From positions 32,001 through 96,000 of IMG/VR virus record IMGVR_UViG_3300032246_001967: a stretch of DNA of 64,000 nt; one strand, written 5' to 3'. Made by a program: the position numbers and the translations under genes. Below, one piece after another: positions 58,423-64,000 of this stretch. This DNA is from a virus. Within the stretch, counting starts at the first letter, position 1. Each line of letters begins with the position of its first letter. The notes below the pieces were generated by a model. That model was not told where the DNA came from and did no database searches. It saw nothing but the letters and a program-made list of their open reading frames with translations.

Positions 58423-58668
58423 ATGAAAAAATTATTTTATTTTACTAGTTTAGGATGTGTTCCTTGCCAAACGTTTAGTCCAATAATGGAGCAAATATCG
58501 GCTTTAATACCTGTAGAAAAAGTTATTACAGATTATGAAATGAGTAAAGCAATATCAGCAAATGTAAGATCAGTTCCTACTGTAATACTTGTAGAAAATG
58601 AACAAGAAGTTAGAAGATTTACAGGAGCAAAAAGTTATCAAGACGTAATGAATTTTATTAATGGGTAA
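58423..58668 (+). CDS. Thioredoxin
   Basis: CVPC, VRSVPT, RFTG. Confidence 0.85.
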   Translation: MKKLFYFTSLGCVPCQTFSPIMEQISALIPVEKVITDYEMSKAISANVRSVPTVILVENEQEVRRFTGAKSYQDVMNFING

Positions 58669-59134
58669 GTATCAATCAACAAAATTATTTGATAACTACT
58701 CAGTAGCAATTAGACAGTGGAAAGCTCAACATTCACACTGTCAGTTGTTGCATGGGTATGCTTTAAAATTTAAAGTATGGTTTGAATCAGTAGAACCACT
58801 AGAAGAAAATCAGTTAGACGAGATGAACTGGATTCAGGATTATGGTGGGTTTAAATCAGCACCTCAAGGTAATGGTTTAAAAGACTGGATGGATTATATG
58901 TGGGACCATACTTTATTAATTGAAAAAGATGATCCGTATTTAGATTTATTCGAGTCGATGAATCCAACAGTATGCCATTTAAGAGTAATGGATAAGATTG
59001 GAGCTGAAAGTGCTGCTAAATTAGTTTTTGATAAATTCAATGATGTTTTATCAAAACAAGGTGGTGGACGTGTTAAAGTAACAAAAGTAGAATGTTGGGA
59101 AGCTGACAAAAACAGTTCAATTTATCAAGAGTAA
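58661..59134 (+). CDS. queD: 6-carboxytetrahydropterin synthase
   Basis: SHC.LLHGY, DYG, WDH, GAE, WE..KNS. Confidence 0.85.
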   Translation: MGKYQSTKLFDNYSVAIRQWKAQHSHCQLLHGYALKFKVWFESVEPLEENQLDEMNWIQDYGGFKSAPQGNGLKDWMDYMWDHTLLIEKDDPYLDLFESMNPTVCHLRVMDKIGAESAAKLVFDKFNDVLSKQGGGRVKVTKVECWEADKNSSIYQE

Positions 59135-59925
59135 TGACAACAGAAATTAAAAAACCAGGTCGTATTACCGATTATAGTAAAAAATTACCTATCCTTGAAA
59201 TTTATACCTGTGTTCAATCAGAAGGTTCAAGACAGGGTAGACCTACAGTAGCAATTAGAACCACAGGATGTACTCATAGATGTTGGTTTGGTGAAGGTGG
59301 ATGGTGTGATAGTTGGTATACAAGTATTCATCCTGAAAAAGGTATTTATACTTTCAACGACATTGTTAAGATTTATGATGAGAATCCACATATTAGAGAG
59401 ATGATGTTAACAGGTGGTTCACCAACAATGCAACCTGATTTAGTTAATGAACTAACTCACTTTGCTTATCAACGTGGTATATTTATTACTATTGAAACGG
59501 AGGGTTCCCATTATGTTGAAACAGATTATCCTATTGGTCTTATCTCTTTGTCTCCTAAGTTCTCTAATAGTGTGCCTCGTATTGATGTCACCACTCCTCT
59601 TGGTAAGTTGGTTGACCAAAAAATGATTGACCAGCATAACAAGCTTAGATTAAATAGAGAAGCAATTAGACAAATGTTAGATTATCATGCTGACTACCAT
59701 TACAAGCCAGTTTGGGACGGCACAGCTGAATGCTTGGCTGAGATTGAAGAATTCAGACAGGAAATGGATATTCCAAAATGGAAAACCTGGTTGATGCCTG
59801 CAGGCGATACTAGAGAGACTTTAATTGAGATGTATCCAAAATCCATTGAGTTATGTATGGAGATGGGTTATTGTTGGACAGGTAGAGATCATATCATAGC
59901 ATATGATCAAAAACGTGCCGTCTGA
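59134..59925 (+). CDS. queE: 7-carboxy-7-deazaguanine synthase (radical SAM)
   Basis: Q.EG...G.P, R..GC...C...CDS, TGG.P, IETEG, SPK. Confidence 0.9.
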   Translation: MTTEIKKPGRITDYSKKLPILEIYTCVQSEGSRQGRPTVAIRTTGCTHRCWFGEGGWCDSWYTSIHPEKGIYTFNDIVKIYDENPHIREMMLTGGSPTMQPDLVNELTHFAYQRGIFITIETEGSHYVETDYPIGLISLSPKFSNSVPRIDVTTPLGKLVDQKMIDQHNKLRLNREAIRQMLDYHADYHYKPVWDGTAECLAEIEEFRQEMDIPKWKTWLMPAGDTRETLIEMYPKSIELCMEMGYCWTGRDHIIAYDQKRAV

Positions 59926-59938
59926 TTACAATAAAAAA

Positions 59939-59967
59939 TTGGAAAATTAAATAAAATTTATTATATT
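59939..59967 (+). promoter_or_regulatory. Early/middle promoter TTGG-N19-TATATT
   Basis: TTGG 59939-59942, TATATT 59962-59967. Confidence 0.7.
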
Positions 59968-59973
59968 AGAGTT

Positions 59974-60195
59974 ATGACAACACAAGAATTAGAAAAATTA
60001 TTACTAAAGTCTTCAGATAGCCATCCCTACAGAGGTAAATTATCTAGAAAAGAAAACATTGAAGCAGCAATTGATTTAGCTAACTTATGTAAAGATTTTG
60101 CTTCAAAAGGTATGAAAGATGAAGCAATGAATATACCTGTTGAACAATGGGATGAAGTTATCAATACACTACATAACACTAAGACAGCAGTTTAA
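59974..60195 (+). CDS. Hypothetical protein
   Basis: ORF after promoter, AGTTATG start. Confidence 0.55.
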   Translation: MTTQELEKLLLKSSDSHPYRGKLSRKENIEAAIDLANLCKDFASKGMKDEAMNIPVEQWDEVINTLHNTKTAV

Positions 60196-60211
60196 TTACA
60201 TATAAAAAGTT

Positions 60212-60451
60212 ATGGGAAATTTAAGAAATAGGTACACAAGTGAAGAATGGGATGAACTAGATTCTAAAATTAAAGCTGATAAAAAGCAAGGTAAGCCAAG
60301 TGAAAGGGTGTTGTATTTATCTATTGTAGGTAAAGATGTTAATGAACTTATACATCTTAGAAATACTCTTTATAATTTTTACAGCCATGATGAATTATCA
60401 ACTTTAAATGAGTGGATTAATTGGAAAGCCTTTAAACAACAAGAACAATAA
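60212..60451 (+). CDS. Hypothetical protein
   Basis: AAGTTATG start; fills gap. Confidence 0.55.
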   Translation: MGNLRNRYTSEEWDELDSKIKADKKQGKPSERVLYLSIVGKDVNELIHLRNTLYNFYSHDELSTLNEWINWKAFKQQEQ

Positions 60452-60464
60452 AAGCAACAATTTA

Positions 60465-60866
60465 ATGGACTTACTATCAACACATCCTGTTAAAAAATTA
60501 GATTTAGGTTTCCATGGCAATCTATTCGGCGGGCAATTGCTTAGCTGGATAGATGCCGCGGTTGCTGCTTATGCAATGGAAAAATGTAGAAGTCAAAATA
60601 TGATTACTATTGCCATTGATGAGTGTGTATTTAAAAAACCAGCCAAAGAAAAAAATCTAGTTAAGATATACGCTGAAATGATTAAGGTAGGAAATACATC
60701 TGCTACTTTTAAAGTAGAAGCAAGAGCTTATAATGTATTTAGAGGTGATGAAGTCACTTTATTATCTACAAGTATGACTTTTGTAAGAGTAGATGATGAA
60801 GGAATACCTATTTCAATTTCTAAACAAGTAAAAGACCAATTTAATCCTCCTCCAACTAAACTTTAA
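60465..60866 (+). CDS. Hotdog-fold acyl-CoA thioesterase (YciA-like)
   Basis: HGNLFGG.LL.WID, F.KP, VGNTS, TFV.VD..G.P. Confidence 0.85.
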   Translation: MDLLSTHPVKKLDLGFHGNLFGGQLLSWIDAAVAAYAMEKCRSQNMITIAIDECVFKKPAKEKNLVKIYAEMIKVGNTSATFKVEARAYNVFRGDEVTLLSTSMTFVRVDDEGIPISISKQVKDQFNPPPTKL

Positions 60867-60877
60867 TATTTATAATA

Positions 60878-61117
60878 ATGAAAATAACATATTTTTATAC
60901 TAACGAATGTGGTAAATGTGCTGAATTAAAACCTTTAATTACTGAATTTAGTAAGGCTGTAGGAATTAAAATGATTAATACTCATGAAGAAGAATTAATT
61001 ACTGAAGCATATAAAATTGAATGGGTACCTACCTTAGTTATTGAAGATAGTAACGGTAAACATCATTTTGATGGTGTTAGTGAAATCAAAGAAGTTTTAA
61101 AAAAATTAGTAAAATGA
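60878..61117 (+). CDS. Thioredoxin-like protein
   Basis: CGKC, WVPT; TATTTATA at 60867-60874. Confidence 0.8.
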   Translation: MKITYFYTNECGKCAELKPLITEFSKAVGIKMINTHEEELITEAYKIEWVPTLVIEDSNGKHHFDGVSEIKEVLKKLVK

Positions 61118-61617
61118 TAACTTTATTTACAGAAAGAGAAATTAAAAACAAAGTGGGTGAACTTGCCCACAACATTAAAAAAGTTCAACATGAACAACCA
61201 CCTGTTTTTATTTGTGTTTTAAACGGCGCATTTATGTTTTTCACAGATTTAGTGAAACAAGTAGGTGAGTGCCATATAGACTTTATACAGGCAAAATCTT
61301 ACGAAGGAACGTCACAGGGCGAAATTCGTATTTTAAAATCAATAGATATTAATATTGAAGGTAAAGATGTTTATTTAGTAGATGATATCTATGATTCAGG
61401 TAATACTATGAATAGATTGATTAAACATCTAAATTACCAAAAACCAAAATCAATCACTCCAGTAACTTTATTTAAAAAACATTATTCAAACAATCCAAAT
61501 TTGATGTATGGTTTTGAATTGAAAAATGAACATTGGTTAGTAGGATATGGTTTAGATGCGGTTGACGGAACTAAAAGAAACCTTTCACATATACTTGGTT
61601 ATTTACCTGAAGATTGA
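61114..61617 (+). CDS. hpt: Hypoxanthine-guanine phosphoribosyltransferase
   Basis: VLNGAFMF..DL, SY.G, VDDIYDSGNT PRPP motif, VGYGLD, RNL. Confidence 0.9.
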   Translation: MITLFTEREIKNKVGELAHNIKKVQHEQPPVFICVLNGAFMFFTDLVKQVGECHIDFIQAKSYEGTSQGEIRILKSIDINIEGKDVYLVDDIYDSGNTMNRLIKHLNYQKPKSITPVTLFKKHYSNNPNLMYGFELKNEHWLVGYGLDAVDGTKRNLSHILGYLPED

Positions 61618-61623
61618 TATATT
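61595..61623 (+). promoter_or_regulatory. Early/middle promoter TTGG-N19-TATATT
   Basis: TTGG 61595-61598, TATATT 61618-61623. Confidence 0.65.
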
Positions 61624-61633
61624 AAAAAAAGTT

Positions 61634-62323
61634 ATGGATAATAAAACATTTAAATTAGATTTAGAAGTAGTTAAACAAGGATATGCAAATGGAGTTGCTC
61701 CTAATTTTCCTTTGACTGAAGAAGAAAAGTGGGCAATGGTTGATAAAGCAACTGAAGCTTATGGACAGTTTTTAGATGCTTTAGGTTGTGATTGGAGAAA
61801 CGATCCTAATTCACAAGACACTCCTCGTAGAGTAGCTAAAGCATATGTGTTTGACTTATGGAAAGGTAGATATGAATCAATGTCTGATATTACAGCTTTC
61901 CCATCAGATGGTTATGATGGTATTGTAATTGAAAGAAATATTCCACTCACATCAATGTGTTCACATCACCACCAAACAATTGGAGGTGTAGTTCATATTG
62001 GTTATGTAGTAGGTGAAGGTGGTTCAGTAATTGGTTTAAGTAAATTAAATCGTATTGTAGAACATTTTGGTCGTAGAGGTGCTATCCAAGAACAATTAAC
62101 ATCAGCAATTCATCAAGCAGTAGATAAAATTACTGAAGGTAATCGTGGTGTTATTGTAACTGTAGTTGCCACTCACAACTGTGTAAGTTGTAGAGGTGTT
62201 AAACATCAAGGTGCTTCAATGGTTACTACAAAAGCATCAGGTGTGTTTTTAGATAATGCTAATTTGTCACGTCAAGAATTTTTTGACAGTATTAAAATTA
62301 ACAACGGAGGACATCAGATATAA
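61634..62323 (+). CDS. folE: GTP cyclohydrolase I
   Basis: TP.RVAK, SMCSHH, IGLSKL.R, QE.LT, H.C..CRG; ATG at 61634. Confidence 0.95.
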   Translation: MDNKTFKLDLEVVKQGYANGVAPNFPLTEEEKWAMVDKATEAYGQFLDALGCDWRNDPNSQDTPRRVAKAYVFDLWKGRYESMSDITAFPSDGYDGIVIERNIPLTSMCSHHHQTIGGVVHIGYVVGEGGSVIGLSKLNRIVEHFGRRGAIQEQLTSAIHQAVDKITEGNRGVIVTVVATHNCVSCRGVKHQGASMVTTKASGVFLDNANLSRQEFFDSIKINNGGHQI

Positions 62324-62493
62324 TGAAGCTAGGTGGTTTTGTTGAGTTATTAATTAAAATAATTACTTTTGGTCAAGGCCACCGAATTGCTTTATTCATA
62401 GCTAAAAAAATGGGTTATGATGATTGCGGTTGTAGAGCAAGAAAAAACAAGCTAGACTTGTTTTGGGATAAAATATTAAATAAATTAAAATAA
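62323..62493 (+). CDS. Small protein with DCGC motif (56 aa, not in ORF track)
   Basis: MKLGGFVELLIKIITFGQG...DDCGCRARKNKL. Confidence 0.6.
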   Translation: MKLGGFVELLIKIITFGQGHRIALFIAKKMGYDDCGCRARKNKLDLFWDKILNKLK

Positions 62494-62494
62494 T

Positions 62495-62992
62495 ATGTTA
62501 TTAAATTCAAATCAAATTTCAAATCATATCATTGAGTCTGAGTTTTCAAAACGTGCTCAAATTGGTATTGACTTATCAGTTCAAAAAATTGAATGGATTG
62601 CAGGAGGTTCTGTAGTATATAAAGACAAAACCTATATTAATCCGGGACATTATATTGAACAAAAATTAATTAATATTGATGATAAAGAATGTTGGCGTCT
62701 AGAAAAAGGTGTTTATTCAATTACCTTTAATGAAGGTATTAATGTACCTAATGATTGTGCTGCTAAAATTACTCACCGTTCATCTTTATACCGTACAGGA
62801 ACAATTATTGAATCACCTTGGTGGGATCCAGGTTTTTATTGTGATGTAATGAATTCAACAATGATTGTTAATAATAATATCATTATTGAGAAAAATGCTA
62901 GAATTGCTCAAATTGCTTTTTGGCGTGTTGAAGAAGTAGGAGAGCAATATAATGGTCAATGGCAAGGATTAAACACAGCTTATAAACAATAA
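62495..62992 (+). CDS. dCTP deaminase/dUTPase family protein
   Basis: GIDL, RSSL.R, DPGF, RIAQI.F, YNGQWQ. Confidence 0.85.
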   Translation: MLLNSNQISNHIIESEFSKRAQIGIDLSVQKIEWIAGGSVVYKDKTYINPGHYIEQKLINIDDKECWRLEKGVYSITFNEGINVPNDCAAKITHRSSLYRTGTIIESPWWDPGFYCDVMNSTMIVNNNIIIEKNARIAQIAFWRVEEVGEQYNGQWQGLNTAYKQ

Positions 62993-63012
62993 CTTTATTA
63001 TTCATTTTTATT

Positions 63013-63047
63013 AAGGGCTTGGTTATCCAAGCCTTTTTTGTTATATT
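63013..63047 (+). promoter_or_regulatory. Terminator hairpin fused with promoter
   Basis: GGCTTGG-TTAT-CCAAGCC plus T-run; TTGG 63019-63022, TATATT 63042-63047. Confidence 0.7.
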
Positions 63048-63053
63048 AACAAT

Positions 63054-64000
63054 ATGTATCAAGCTCTATATTACGATAATGATGAACGACAGTATTATTT
63101 AAGGGATGATAGGTGGGATGGTTTTAAACCTGTTAAATATTGGCCTACATTTTATCAACCTGATGAAGATGGAGAGTATTTAACTTTAGAAGGCACCAGA
63201 GTATCACCTGTTAGTAAAATTGAAAATTGGAGAGACACTAAGTATTTTGAAAAAGACGTAGATAAACTAACTCGTTTTTTAGTAGATCATTATTATGAAA
63301 CTGATGATACACCTAAATTTCATAATATTGTTTATTTAGATATTGAGTGTGTTGTAGCAGGTGCTTTAACTGAAGAAAACATTAAAGATCCTAAAGGTGA
63401 AATAACAGCTGTTGCTTTATATGATCATAACTCTAAAAAATATTTTTGTTTAGTTTTAGATAAAGATAAAAAAATGTCTAAAGCCGAATCTGAGGATAAA
63501 ATTATTATGCCTTATCCATCAGAAAAAGAATTATTAAGTGGGTTTTTAGATAAATGGTATGAACTTGATCCAACTATTATTACAGGTTGGAATAGTGGTT
63601 TCTTTGATATACCTTATCTATATTACAGAATTAAAAAAGTATTAGGAGAATCATTAGCAAATTCTTTATCTCCAATAGGTAAAATCAAGTTCACACCTCA
63701 ATTCCCAGAACAACCAGTTAATTTAGCAGGTATTAATCATCTTGACTATATGCTTTTATTTAAAAAGTATATTATGAAACAAGAACCATCTTATCGTTTA
63801 GGTGATATAGGTAAAAAATATGCTAAATTAGAAAAAATTGAATATCAAGGTTCATTAGATAAATTATTCGCTGAGGATGTAGATAAATTTATTGAGTATA
63901 ATTTACGTGACGTTGAAATTATTGTTGAACTTGAAAACCGAATGAAATTTATTGATCTAACAGTTACAATTGGTCATTTATGTCATACGGAATATGAGGC
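63054..64000 (+). CDS. Family B DNA polymerase, N-terminal and exonuclease part (runs off the window)
   Basis: Own translation: ExoI YLDIEC, ExoII TGWNSGFFDIPY, ExoIII YNLRDV. Confidence 0.92.
   Translation, partial: MYQALYYDNDERQYYLRDDRWDGFKPVKYWPTFYQPDEDGEYLTLEGTRVSPVSKIENWRDTKYFEKDVDKLTRFLVDHYYETDDTPKFHNIVYLDIECVVAGALTEENIKDPKGEITAVALYDHNSKKYFCLVLDKDKKMSKAESEDKIIMPYPSEKELLSGFLDKWYELDPTIITGWNSGFFDIPYLYYRIKKVLGESLANSLSPIGKIKFTPQFPEQPVNLAGINHLDYMLLFKKYIMKQEPSYRLGDIGKKYAKLEKIEYQGSLDKLFAEDVDKFIEYNLRDVEIIVELENRMKFIDLTVTIGHLCHTEYE

Noticed and set aside
1823-59637. Minus-strand ORFs in the track (1823, 6494, 13602, 14974, 32288, 39872, 47657, 50899, 51563 and others)
   Set aside because: Short, antisense to well-supported genes, no promoter motifs or protein signatures; shadow frames.
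51327-61633. Upstream TTG/GTG/ATG starts given in the track (51327, 57794, 60408, 61556; also 13372, 46231)
   Set aside because: They overlap promoters or upstream genes; downstream ATGs fit the promoter positions and domain starts better.
1-64000. Stop-codon reassignment
   Set aside because: Core genes are full length in the standard code, and both TAG and TGA end genes at sensible places.

Overview
AT-rich (roughly 30% GC by eye) 64-kb segment of a large T4-like myovirus genome, all genes on the + strand, standard genetic code. It holds: (1) a late/head region with small leader-bearing proteins, terminase, portal, prohead protease, scaffold and major capsid; (2) an amidinotransferase-fold enzyme, a phosphatidylserine-decarboxylase-like enzyme and PhoH; (3) neck, fibre, sheath, tube, chaperone, tape measure and baseplate genes; (4) replication genes (short PolA-like protein, SSB, RecA/UvsX, 5' nuclease, DnaB helicase, class II RNR, start of a PolB); (5) a 7-deazaguanine cluster (TGT/DpdA-like, QueC, QueD, QueE, FolE) mixed with thioredoxins, HPRT and dCTP deaminase/dUTPase; (6) five free-standing homing endonucleases. 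Two promoter classes are visible: TTGG-N19-TATATT (12 copies, like Bacteroidota -33/-7 promoters, suggesting a Bacteroidota host) and TATTTATA before late genes (exact reverse complement of the T4 late promoter). Main leads: a possible soluble arginine-to-polyamine two-gene pathway, leader-tagged protease-processed head cargo proteins, endonuclease start sites locked in hairpins that contain the late promoter, a +1/-2 frameshift before the tape measure, and a pseudoknot-like RNA overlapping a terminator. No tRNA, rRNA or CRISPR array was seen. All annotations come from motif recognition by eye; no searches were run.
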